From assembly GCF_009914755.1 (NCBI RefSeq), contig NC_060933.1: a stretch of 64,000 nt of DNA. The stretch is one strand, 5' to 3'. How positions within the stretch are numbered: position 1 is the first letter of the stretch; each line of letters begins with the position of its first letter. A model generated the notes under the pieces. It was not told the origin of the DNA, made no database searches, and saw only the letters and a list, made by a program, of their open reading frames with translations. The translations under genes and the position numbers were made by a program. The stretch is from the human T2T-CHM13v2.0 reference genome, Homo sapiens. Shown piece by piece: positions 13,357 through 27,715 of this stretch.

Positions 13357-15654
13357 ATTGCTAAGACTAGAAACATGAGTTCGGAGTGGGAGAAACATAG
13401 TAAAATCAAGGGTGGTAATTATTAGAGTGTACACTTGACTTGCTATCAAACATGCATTCCTGAAAAGTTGTGTGAAAATCTAATTGTCATAAAGTAAAAA
13501 CATATTTAATAGTTAATTATTTAAAGGAAATTTATGTCTGTAAGGGAAAGGGTACTTTTATATCACAAATACAAATCCCCTAAATTATTTCTTTTAAAAT
13601 TCCAGATTTTTGTCTATGTTGAATTTTCTTAAGTTAATGGGCAATTGAAGCAGGCAGTTGAGAGAAATACACACTGTTTTACTTTTGGGCGTGGCATCAA
13701 GAAAGGACAGAATGTTCCCAGTTGAAAGAGGCCCTTGAGATTATCTAATGCAACCCTTCATTTTCCAGATGAGAAAGCTGAAGATTAAATGCTTTGCTCA
13801 AGGCTAAGCAGCGGGTCACTGAGAGTTAACCAAAGGTTAAGAGATTTGTTCATAGTCCTCAGCTGCCTGGCTGAAAAATTAGAGCTAGACCCAAATAGTC
13901 CTCCTGCCCACTCAAGGCTCATTCTCTGCATGTCACTTAGCCTGGATGGTTTACTTTGTATACAGAGTGAAACAAAGCTGCAATGCAGCTGCCCACTTTT
14001 ATTCTCTAGGGCCCTTTCCAGTTTCAGAATTCTGTGATTCTACATCATCGCTGAATCTCCTCTTTTTCAAGAATGTTGCCTAAAAGGATTCATTGTAAGA
14101 TCAGGAGGCAGCCAAATAAGTAAATAAATAAGTAAATAACAGTTATTGGCTCCAAAATGGCCAAGGAGTATAGTAATATATCTTGTAAAAGGAGATAGAT
14201 AATGCTAAAAGAAGAAATTTATCTCCCAGAAAGCAATAAAGCTTTAAAACTGAATGTAGAAAAAGAAAAAAAAAAACCAGTTTCTCTTCAGTTCTTTCAG
14301 AATCTATCAAATATGGCACTTTGAATTGGTCCAAGTTTCACAGACACCAGAAAACCATAAGTGTGATGTTTTTGAAGATGCCATACATCTCCCAAAACAC
14401 ATCATTTTGTTCCAGCTCACCCTTCTTTGCACGCCATTTAACTTAGCTTCTTGTCATTTCCTCTTAGAGATACCACATGTATCTCTAGTTCCCCAGAAAA
14501 AAAAAACCCTTTATTTGTAACTGCAGAAAATGCATTATGTGAGAATTCGGTGAGAGAGAGAAGAGATTAAATTCAATTCTCAAGCACCACTTTTTTGTTC
14601 TCTGCAAAGTACCATAACGCAGGACCCACAGGTAAGGACTTGATTTAAATCTCAGGGTTTAAAAATTATTTTATTTCTAAGTAGCAGCCTTGCGTTACCT
14701 ATTTCCTCTTTTGATCCCTTTTTTTTCTTTATCTAGCATACAGATTTCTTGCTAAAAATACTTTAGATCATATAAATTCATGTGAAGTCTTTAATGTAGC
14801 AAAATCTTAGTTGGGTTGCCCAAAGAAGAATAGGAATGACTGTTCTAAAAGAGAGATCCTAAATGAAACTACTGTTAAATAAAAATCATGCTCCATGACA
14901 ACACTTTCTAAATTTTAAATTACATGTAAAATATCAAATAAACATTAAAATATCCATCATGTGCTTCAGTATAGATAAAGCCATAGAATCAAATAATGCT
15001 ACAGCTGGAAGAGATCTTAGAATTTCTGAAAGTTTTCTTATTTTGTAGGTAAGAAAACTGAAGCGTATTATGGTCGGATTATGGGGATGGCTATCCAGGC
15101 ACTACCTCAACTGCCAGTCTATAAAGAGCACAAAAACAGCACTAGGATAAATGGCAAATCAAAGCCAGATGTCTCAGGCTCCCATACATAGCTCTTTACT
15201 ACTTTGTGTACAGTCACCTGAACATTGACAGTCTGCTAAAATACTTGGAACTAAAGAATGAATGATGTGGTTTCTTAACCAAGAGTATGTGATTTCTTTT
15301 ATTATACAAATTTTAATTATCTTAGTGTATATCCAAGCACACTAATTTTTAAATTTACAAAAGAAAAGAGGACAAGAAATACAGAATAGGTGACATTTTC
15401 TTAGGTTTTTAAAAAAACACTGGTCTTACTTTGGCCAATGGAAAATGCACTGTTAAATTTCTTTCTGAAAGCAAACATTTTAAAATTCATTCTCTCTATT
15501 CCTACTAAATGACCAAAGTGAAAAAATAATGATTGACAGAATGTCAAAGCATTGGCTTACCTCAGATACCCACACATCTTAGCCAGGCCCTAAGACCACA
15601 AGGAGGGGTTGACGTTACCAAGATCATGGAGCCATTGCTGTGTTCATATTGATG

Positions 15655-16000
15655 GATCTAATTCAACAAATATTGATGGTGTGCCTGTGCTAGAATGCTG
15701 GGGCTACACAAATAAAATAGTGGCCCAGTCCTTTCCCCCAGGATTTTACATTCTAATTGTGAAAAGGACATTAACAATAGCACAGACTAGCTGTTTCCTG
15801 AGATAGCCGGAGCTCCCTGGGGACATAGAAGATGGAAAACTTGTGTTGGGTGATGGAAACCAAAAGGCCTCACCAAGAAGGTGACATTTGAGCTGCCAAT
15901 TGAAGGACAAATAAGTGTTTTCAGGATGGAATAGGAAGGAAAGGGGAAGCAAGAGGTCATCTTGGAACATCAGCATATGCAACAATAGCCTAGTAGATTG
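15655..16000 (-). mobile_element. L2 fragment
   Basis: ATTCAACAAATATTGATGG.. and GAAGGTGACATTTGAGCTG motifs. Confidence 0.6.
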
Positions 16001-16094
16001 GGAAACTTTTCTGTTGAAAATGTTCTGCAGAAACATTGATATGATTCTTAAAAAGCATCATCAAAAAAAAAAAGGCAAGCGGAAGAGTAGTGGT

Positions 16095-16487
16095 TGTAAT
16101 GATAAATGATACAGCACTCAGATCCCATGTTGGGCCTTAAGGACTTATTCCTCCTGCTGCTAAGGGTTATGTTGACACAGTCCTTGGCTATCAGCCTTCT
16201 TCAGGAATTGCCTCATCTGACAAGAGACCCCCTGCCAAAGGTTTCACCCTTTTCTGGGGCACATCCAATGACTGGTCAAGGAAGAACTGTCTCAAGACAA
16301 TGCTGCTGAAGGGCTCATTCCTATTTCAGAGCTCCTTGAGGGATCAGCTGAGGCTGTTTGCATTGCAACCTGATTAATTCTCCTTCTACCCAATCTTACT
16401 TCCATCCTTTTTATCCTATGACTGTTGACCCCAAGAGTACTCTTTAATAAACTTCCTGCATGCTAACGTCCATCTTCCTAGACACAG
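16095..16487 (+). mobile_element. ERVL LTR16C-like solo LTR
   Basis: CATCCAATGACTGGTCAA..TTGCATTGCA..TTAATAAACTTCCTGCATGCTAA. Confidence 0.75.
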
Positions 16488-16844
16488 AGGGATAGGATAA
16501 CTAAATATTACAAGTTAGATGAAGACATAGAGTATTGCATTTCAACAAGCAAGAGCACATGAGTCTTATAGTTCCCCAAAGGGTGGTGGGATGGAATGAG
16601 AGGCCAGGATTCATCATTAGTTTCTGATAACCCTGTCTGAACCTTTCCTTCTAGCACTGTCCATTTAAAATAACTTTGCCCTTTTTGTTCTTCTTTCTAA
16701 CAACCTCCAAACTCATTTTTACCTTTAGGGGCTTCTAAGAGTTTCTTGGGCTTCAGCTCCCAGGTGACTTTTCTGTGAGCCTCTGGACTTGTTCTGTTCC
16801 CGGGGGTGCTAATTCCTTTAGCTCACTTAGAATGCTCTGATCTA

Positions 16845-17058
16845 TATTTCTCAAAGTGTGGTCCTCAGAAAGCCCAAATCAGGTGCCTGTTTAAGATGTA
16901 AATAACAGACTCCACTCTAGTCCTACTGATTCAGGAGGAGAAGCCAGGGTGGGAGGCTGGAGGGAGGTGGGCAGAGGGTGGGAGGTGGTTGGTATCTACA
17001 TTATAAAGAGGCTACTCAGAACATCCTTATGCCCTCAAAAGTTTTGGAGTTTGAGAAT
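16845..17058. mobile_element. MER5-type hAT-Charlie MITE
   Basis: TTTCTCAAAGTGTGGTCC..AGTTTGAGAA terminal inverted repeats. Confidence 0.6.
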
Positions 17059-17549
17059 CTTTTCCTTAGATTTTCTGGAGAATGTAATGAAGAGAAGCAG
17101 TGGTATTTCTGAATTGCATGCTGAATCAATAGTTATATGTAATTTAGAGAGCTTTATAATTTAGTAATGAAAATAGTGAATGCATGCATTTATTCTCATT
17201 GTGATGCTAATCAGACTTCAGCTTGCTCTCAGTGGGTGGAATATAAGCTGTGTAAATCTAACCAGGTTTCAGGAATCAGACAACTCTGACCACATCTGGG
17301 GAGGTTCTGGATTTGTTTGGATCTAGAGGCGGGGTTGGGGAATCATTTTTCAGACAAAACATGGCAGCTTGCTAATAAAAAAGGATAGATGACTGTTGGG
17401 CAGTTTCCAAAGGCTTAACTTCAGGTTCCTATTCAGCTGGAACTGGGAAGGGAATACGTACGTGTGCAAGAGAGTTTTAACTAGGGTGGAACAACCAAGG
17501 ATTTGCACTAAAACTTAGAAACTTCTTCAGTTGTTGAAAATAACTTGTT

Positions 17550-20500
17550 AAAAAGTCAACTTCATTGAGGTCTTCATTAATTAAATTTAATTAAACATAA
17601 CTCTTTTGAACGTACAATTCGGTGACTTTTTCACTAAATACACAGCTGTGCATTTAGAACAACTTTGCCCTTTTTGTTCTGACAACCTCCAAACCTTCAT
17701 TACTAATCAAGATAAAGACAGCTTTCATCACCCCCCCAAATTCTTCAGTGTCCTATTCTCCGCCCACCATTCCTGGTGTGAGGCAACCATTGAACTACTT
17801 TCTGTCATGATAGATTAGCAGGGCCTTTTCTAGAATTTTGTAAAAATGGAAGCAGGTTGTGCTGTTTAGTTGAAGGAAACATTCACTAGATATAAAATTC
17901 TTGATTACAGTTTTTTCTTTCAGGACTTTAAAGATGTTCCATTGTCATCTCACTTGCACAATTTCTGATGATTTCTGTGATAATTCTCATATTTGTTTCT
18001 CTGTATGTAATGTGTCTTTTTTCTCTGGCTTCTTTTACGATCTCCCTCAATGGTTTTCAGCAGCATATGTGAGTGTGTGTGTGCGTATGTGTGTGTGTGT
18101 GTATTTATACAGCTTGGGATTCATTGAGCTTCTTGGATCTGTGGATTTATGATTTTCATCAAGTTTCAAAATTTTTTGCCATTACATCTTCAAATTTTTT
18201 TAGTACCTCAGTGTCTTCATCTATGAGGTAGAGATAGTGACTGTCTGCTTGATAAAGTATTGTTTAAGATAATGCATATAATTGTCTTAGCACAGTATTT
18301 GCTGTGTAGAATATGCTCCCCAAAAATGTCTGCTTCAGTAGGATGTCATATAATTAATTGTCCCAAACTGATCATGTTTGAGACTGAATAGGGGCACTAT
18401 TAATATTCATGCTGCCACAGGGATAGACCAAGACTATTGCAGGCAAACTGGCATATATGGTCATATATGACAATAACAGCTGACTGGTGTAGCTTTCATC
18501 TGTAACTTGGGACACAGCTCTGGTGTAGTGGAAGATTCCTGCTCCCCATGCCCCAATGAGGAATGAATATGCCCTTAAATTGGAATGAAGGCACCAGGAT
18601 TGTAGCTTGGACCATGACACCAAACAGTGGTACTGAACAACCTCACTCAGTCTCAGTTTTTAAAAAAATTTTAATTACCAGACCTTGGTTTTTAGAGCAG
18701 TTCGAAGTTTACACAAAATTGAGCAGATAGTACAGATGGTTCCCACATATCTCTCTCATTCCTCATTCAGCTTCCTCTATTATTAACATCTTGCAATGAT
18801 ATGGTACAATTTTATAATTTGTAGACCAATATGGATCCAGTATTATTAACTAATGTCTATGGCTTACATTAGGGTTCACTCTTGTGTTGTACATTGTTTG
18901 AGTTTTGACATGTGTCCACCATTATAGCGTCAGACAGAATAGTTTCACTGCCCTAACAATCCCTTGAGCTCCACCTATTTACCTCCCTTCTCCAGCCCCT
19001 GGCGACTGCTGATCTCTTTGCTGTTTCTATGGTTTTGCCTTTTCCAAAATGTCATAGAGTTAAATCATACAGTATACAGCTTTTTCTGACTGCTCCTTTA
19101 ACAGAGAAATATACATGTAAGTTTCCTCCATAATTTTTTATGGCTAAAAGTGGATTTCTTTTTATTGCTGAATAATATTCCATTGTAAGACTGTAATAGT
19201 TGTTTTTTTAATCCATTCACCTTTGGAAAGACATCTTGGTTACTTCCAATTTGGGGCAGTTATGAATAAAGCTGCTATAAACATTTGTGTGCAGGTTTTC
19301 ATGTAGACATCAATTCTCATTTCATTTGGGAAAACATCAAGGAGCATGGTTGCTGGATCATACAGTGAGAGTATGTTTAGATTTTTAAGAAACTGCCAGA
19401 CTGTCTTCCAAACTGACTGTCCCATTTTGTATTCCCACCAATAGTGAATAAAAATTTCTGGGGCTCCAGGAACTCCAAATTCTTGTCAGCATTTGGTATT
19501 GTCAGTTTTCTGGATTTTTGCCACTCTACTAGGTATATAGTGGTATTACTTTATTGTTTGAATTTGCAATTCCTTAATGACATATGATGTTGAGCATATT
19601 TTCACATGATTACTTACCGTCTGTACATCTTCTTTGATGAGGTGTCTGTTCAGCTACTTCCCTATTTTTTAATTGGGTTGTTTGCTTTCTTGTTGATTTT
19701 TATGAGTTCTTTTTACATTTTCAGTACAAGTCCTTTATCAAATATGTGTTTGCAAATACATCAGATATGAGTTTTGCAAAAAAAAAAAAAACAGACTGAA
19801 AAAAAAAACAGATATGTGTTTTTGCAAGAGCAGCCTGTGGCTTTTTATTCTCTTGGCCTTGAAATATTTTTATATCCCACCATCTTTCTGAGAATCCAAT
19901 TACATCCATATTAGACTACTTGATATTTTCCAAAGATTATTGAAGCTGTGTTCATTTTTTCAGTCTTTTTTCTCTCTGTGCTTCAGTTTAAATAGTTTTG
20001 ATTGGTTCATCTTCGAGTTCACAGATCTTTCCTTCTGCACTATCCAATTTGCTGTTAAGTTCATCTGGTGAATTTTTTTCCCCAAACATTGAATATTTTT
20101 ATTTCTAGAGTTTCTTTATTTCTGTTGTTTTTTTTATATTTTTAATTTCTCTTCTCAGTTTTATGTTCCTTTGTATATTTGAACATATTTACAATAGCTA
20201 CTTTAATATCTTTGTCTGCTAATTCCATTATTTCTGCCATTTCTGGATCTGTTTCTATTGACTGATTTCTTCCTGAGTTATGGATCACATTTTGCTGGTG
20301 CTTTTCATGGCTAGTAATAATTTTTTATTGAATCCTGGACATTTTGAGTTTTGGGATATTGAATAATAGATTTTGTTTCCTTTCTATAAAGGGTGTTAGA
20401 CTGTGCTTTGGTAGATAGCAATACTTGCTAATCATCTTTATCCTTCCAAAGCCTATTTAAAAGCTCTATTAGGGCAGGTGTGGAGTAAACTTTAGTCCAG

Positions 20501-21060
20501 AGCTAGTTCATTTTATTATTAAGATGTGACTCTTCTGAGGTTCTACCAGATGCCCTGAGTAGGCTGATCACTTTGGGTGATCAGAACTTCAACATCACCC
20601 AGGCCTGTGTGAGCTCTGGAAATTGTTCTGTTTACAGTTCCCCAGTCATTCTTTGCCTGACCTATAGGAATTCCATCCTATAAACTCATGGCTTAGTATT
20701 GGCAAAGGACTTGAAAGGAACTCTGAGCAAATTTCTGGAATGTTTTTTTTGCCTCCTAGATGACAGCTGCCTTTGCCTACTTGAACTTCAATGTCTGTTT
20801 CTTCCACTCAGAGATTCTATTGTGCTCTGCTTGGGATCTCCTCCCCATGGTACTTTCCAGAAAGTGACACTCCAGACAGAAAGCAACTCCAGACAGAAAG
20901 CCAGGGCAATCATGCAACTCACCTCATTTATTTCCTTTTCCTGCAAGAGCATAGTCCTGTGCTGCCTGATGTTCAATGTCTAAAAACAGTTATTTAGTAT
21001 ATTCTGCTAAGTTTATGGGTTATGGTGGGGGTGTCATTCCAATTATTTTGCTGTGGTTGG
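17550..21060 (-). mobile_element. Composite old L1M fragments (3' UTR and 5'/ORF1-like pieces) interrupted by MIR and a younger L1MC
   Basis: T-rich L1M-like tracts, e.g. TTCATTGAGCTTCTTGGATCTGTGGATTTAT and TTTCTGGATCTGTTTCTATTGACTG. Confidence 0.6.
18658..19860 (-). mobile_element. L1MC1/2-type LINE-1 3' portion
   Basis: TTTTAGAGCAGTT..ACATTAGGGTTCACTCTT..GAATAGTTTCACTGCCCTAA; ORF 19240-19425 (WKTVWQFLKNLNI..FIAALFITAPNWK) is L1 ORF2p C-terminus. Confidence 0.85.
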
Positions 21061-21825
21061 AAGCAGAATTTCCAACGTTAAATATTTTAAATTATGCAAT
21101 CTTTCCCCAGCTGTGGTTGAGAACTTATTCTAGCTCTGAGCCAGGCCCTTTGACAAGTGGTGAGAGACGTAGGCAAGAGGGGTCTCTTCTCTGGTCCCAT
21201 ACTTTAAAGGACCACCCCAACACACACATGAATTTATTAAGAGCACACAGACAGTGGTATCTCTGTTAGTTGAGATCTGATACTCAGCTCTGACTCAGCA
21301 GGACCCATAACCCAAAACACATACTTTGATTTAACTGATCAAGCCCCAGGGAATGCATCTTTACATCTCTTGCCTTATGTTTCTGAATCAAAATTGTTAC
21401 AAAATGTGACTTCATTTGAATGCCATGGTTTCTGGATTGTGCTACTGGTGATTTCAGAGACAGACACTGCTTTAGGGTGCTGGGAGCATTTGAATGGTGG
21501 AAGCACATAGTGAAAGAAAAGACAAATTAACTTAACTTGTCAAATTCTTCCACTCAGACAACCTGAATATAGTAAATTCTTATTGATTATTTATTATTTG
21601 CCAATAGTACCCAATGTTTATTTTCTTGCTTCTACTTATGCTACAATTTGTGGTACCAGAGGTACTCACAAACTATCATAGTAGTTGCAGCAGTTGCATG
21701 TGGCACCTAAGGAATGCTTGGAAAGATTTTAAAAATTAATATTTCTCACAAATGTGCATATATGTAGAAATAGACATAGCATGTATAAAGTATGATGCTG
21801 ATGGTTTACCTCACTATTCAGATAG

Positions 21826-22154
<329 letters not shown>

Positions 22155-23689
22155 TAAATTTGGCAAAAAGCAAATTTTATCATTTCTGCATTATTTAAAC
22201 ACTTAACAACACTTTGATATGAAGTATAATTTGTGTCTTGCTTTTTAATTTTAATAGAAAATTTTGAATATTTCAGTAGAAATGCAATTTCAAAGGCATA
22301 AAAATAATTTTAATTTTTAACATTTAATTTAAATGTTTGATAAGATATATTCAAGATTTGTGTACTTACGATAAATTATATTTTAATATTTTATATGATT
22401 GGGAATGATTACAGGTTGAAATCATGATAAATGTAGAAAATACAAAAATGTAATTCAGTTAAGTAGCTGAAAAGGAAAAGCAAATGTCATTATAAGAGTG
22501 TGTATTTATCAAGGTGGGGGATAAAATGTATGTTATTTAACAGTTAGTTGATTTGAGTTGTAACTTTTAAATGTTTACATCAACAATGTGAGAGGCATCA
22601 TTTGGCCTTTTGCCCTGGAACCCATGAATATTATGGGTAAGCCTGAAAGACAGGGATGGAAATGAAATCTCATTAGTTGAGAGAGGGTCCCATTGTGTGC
22701 ATGCCGGGCTCAGACGTGGGTGGGTGAAGTGGGGAGTACAGGAAGACTGATTGGAGAAGGTCCATCTCCAGAATTGCTGGTTACGGCCCTGGTGTAATTT
22801 CCATCACCAGCAGTGGTTCTGTGGTAGGGGCTGAGAGGAAGTAGGCTTAGCTTGAGGGCAGGATTGAAGCCAGCAAAGGACTTAACTACAAACAGGATCA
22901 TTGAGGCAAACATTTGTTTGTACAAAAAAGTCAGAGGCAGTGGTGGTGGTGTTTGGGGTAGTGGGGAGAGCAGACAGGAAATGCCTGCTCTACCTCCTCT
23001 CTGGAGGTTCCAGTGGCACAACGGCACCCGTAGATACAGGTTCCCAGAGGCCAATTGTACTGGACTCCAGGGAAGCTTCTGACATCGGTCAGGGTTGTCC
23101 CAGGCTCCGAGTTGGTGAAACACATCACTGATTCCTGCTCAATGGGATAGGAGGAAAAAAAATAATGAGAGATATTTTTTATCTATCCCATGTGATTAAC
23201 AATAGCATTTGCAGTAAAGTCTTATAAACAGTTTAGTCATAAACACCTCGCCAGGCATGTCTCCTATGACAAAATTGATGTTCTGTCTGTGATCAGTTCT
23301 GCTGGGTTACTGCGGCTGAGCCAAGATTGATGGTGTGTTGTCTTTGTGCCAGTTGCTGAACTAGGGACTGAAAGAACTTTGGGCAGGAGAGAACGGCTAT
23401 CAGAGTTGAATGGGCTGCTTCAGCTGAGAGAGAAAATTGTGCCTTTGAGAAACAGCCACTGAAACAAATCAGAAAAATTTAAAAATAACCTTGTGGGGCT
23501 ATTCATTTGGCTAGCATAGAGTGCATGTTTTTTACCAAAGTGATCGCCATCGTTTGCAAACAGTGTCACCTAAGCCCAAATTGATGATTGCCTTTCCCAA
23601 GGTGAAACGTTAGTGCCAGTCACAAATTAGCCAAAGACCATGAAGGAAGGGGCTTGCCATGTTCATTTCTGTGCCTCCAGGACCTAGTT

Positions 23690-23868
23690 CAGTTGTTCTC
23701 AACCCTGGCAGCCCATTACAAACATCAGGGGAGCTCTAATGCCTAAATCCCACTTCAGACCAATTAAATCAGAATCTCTTAGACACTGGGTGCTGGCACA
23801 TCCCTTTTTTTTTTTTTAAGTTTCCCAGGTGATTGTAAAGTGCAGTCATGGTTGGCATCTGCTAGGCC
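23690..23868. mobile_element. MER5A1-like hAT MITE
   Basis: CAGTTGTTCTCAACCCTGGC..CCAATTAAATCAGAATCTCT..CCCAGGTGATT. Confidence 0.7.
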
Positions 23869-23978
23869 AGCTATCGAGCTATCAATTACATAGTAATTGC
23901 TCAATAAACATTCAATAAATTGAACCTGGCATAAGTAGCTTTTGCAGATTCCACTTTAACTTAGAAAAAGCAAAGGAT

Positions 23979-24111
23979 GTCTGGGCATGTGGCTCATGTG
24001 TGTAATTCCAGCACTTTAGGAGGCAGAGGTGGGTGGATCACTTGAGCCCAGGAGTTTGAGACCAGCCTGGGCAACATAGTGAGATCCCATCTCTACCGAA
24101 AAAAAAAAAAA
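23979..24111 (+). mobile_element. FLAM_C
   Basis: Left Alu monomer with TTGAGCCCAGGAGTTTGAGACCAGCCTGGGCAACATAG followed by A13. Confidence 0.9.
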
Positions 24112-25017
24112 TGGGTGAGGAGAGGGCTGCAACCTTTATGGCCAAACTGCTGCAGACAGAACTAGAACATTTTATCTAGAGGTATAGTCTCATGGCTATT
24201 AAAAATATGTGTGGGGTGATTTCCAATGTGAGGTGATTTCAGGCTCTTTTAGGTAGCAGCAAGGTGATAGCCCAGGGCTGTGCTGAAAGCATTAGAATTT
24301 TCAAGTTGTACCGCATTGTCACGTTTTGTAGAATAAAAAATATCTGTTCAGATTTGCCCATCTGTGCATTTATCTAAGATAGATGCAGCTTCCTCTGGTA
24401 CCTAGAGGAAAGTGTGGGCTAGGGTCCCTAGAAAAGGGACAAGAATGATCATTTTCTGTGTGTAAAAAAATGCGTAACTCCAGACTGCTCAGTTCTGGGA
24501 GCGTTGCATTTGTGCCAAAATGTGGGTCTGGGTTTAAGGGGGTCTCTACTTTATATACTTCGTAATTGTTCAAGACCAAAGAAATATGTAAGAGTTTGTG
24601 TACAAGATAAACATTAACACATTGAACTAACATTTCTAATGTTAATGAATGTATTGACAGCAAATGTTAATGGCTGTTACTTTTCCTTTCTCTTATTCCA
24701 CGGGTAGGGGAATGAGTGTCTACCTATGCACAGATGGCTACATTTGGTAGTATTTTAAATTACAACTGGTTCTTTATGGGAAGTTTCCTAATTTGGATTA
24801 TTGGCTGTGTATGGCTGAGTTCCAAGAGTGCATGAGTTATGACTATCAAAAGGAAGAACAGTACACCTAGTGTTGCAATGTTTTTCATTGTTACTTTGTA
24901 CCTTCTAGTAACTTGTCTTAATAAAAAAAGACATGCTTAAACATTTTTGGGTTGCTAAATAACTTACACAAGCTATCTTAAGTTATAAAAATTATAAAAG
25001 AATAAACGCAAAAATGA

Positions 25018-25056
25018 ATAGATGATAGATAGATGATAGATGATAGACAGATAGAT

Positions 25057-25110
<54 letters not shown>
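25018..25110. repeat. Compound (GATA)n tetranucleotide STR
   Basis: Pure (GATA)10 at 25057-25096 flanked by GAT/GACA variants. Confidence 0.97.
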
Positions 25111-26366
25111 GCATGACCCAACTGCAGACACCTTAGACACCTGTGGCTGCCCCATGTTATCTTCTGGGATGCAAAACTGGCCCATCTTAGTTATCATTTC
25201 ATTCAGGTTTTGTCTGTGTAGAAGGAGCTGTTATCTACCTGTTGATAGGGAACCTAATATTGACTTCACTTAATGTAAGATTATGTTCTGTTGTGGACAT
25301 TAGTCCATAATTTCAGATGTTTCTTGTGTCTTTGTGTCTGTAATGGACAGTGAGGATAGAATAAAATGAACTGTTTAGAGTATATCACAAGAATAGAAAT
25401 TATTTTTCAAAAACATACAACTTTATCTTTCACTGTCTTTACTGCCTTATACATTTAACATTTAATAAACAATGACAAGGTTTTGTTATAGAATTTTGCT
25501 GCCACTTGTAAGATCAGAAAAATGTTACTAAATATTGAGAATTTTAGAGTTAGAGACCTGGAATTATCTAGTCCACTTTACAGATGAGGGAACTGAAACC
25601 CAGAGAGACTGATTTGTCTTAGACCATGTAATAGCACACACACAGCTGGGGTCCAGGTGGAATATAACCAGGAAAGCTTGGTCAGGAAGCAAAGCCTCAT
25701 GGGGGCCCCTCGTGACATACAGAATTGACAGAGTCCTACTTTTTTCTACTATGAATAGAGAAAATCTATTTATCAAGGCAAAGAGATTGGGGAGGTGGGG
25801 ATGGGGAGGAATGAGAAGTTGGGGAAAGGGAGGGTAAATGTTTATCTTCGCTAGGAGTGAGCATAGCTGTAGATAATGTCTTTCCACTGGCTGTGGGCAC
25901 TGTCAGGATTTCGTTGGGAATTGGCCACTTGGGAATTGATAGCATTCTGAACTTATTGGTAGCCCCATCTTATCATTTGCAGAACTGACTTAAGGTGCCT
26001 CAATTCTGTCCTCTTCACCAATTGACCCCTCAGCATGACAACAGGACCCTTCTTGCACTGATAGTAATCCTATGATTCTAAGTTGCAAGTGGTCCCCACT
26101 ACAGTGTACCATTTGAGTCAATCTAGTTTTGCAACTCTCTCTGGGACTCAACTTCCAGCCCAGACATTTTAGGGATACAATACAAGGGATGTTCAAAAAG
26201 TTCATGGAAAATGTGTACTATGGAAAAATTATGCATGGCTTTCAATGTCTTTTTTGGCACCAAAATAAACTCATGCTAATTTGTTATAACATGTGTGAAC
26301 AGGATCTTGCTTGAGGCACTAAAAAGGATAAGACATCAGTTTGAAAAGAGCCCATATAACAGCAAA

Positions 26367-27715
<1,349 letters not shown>

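Noticed and set aside
22710-23131. Overlapping 65-137 aa ORFs in a GC-richer patch
   Set aside because: No protein similarity recognised; probably an ancient LTR remnant that I cannot name
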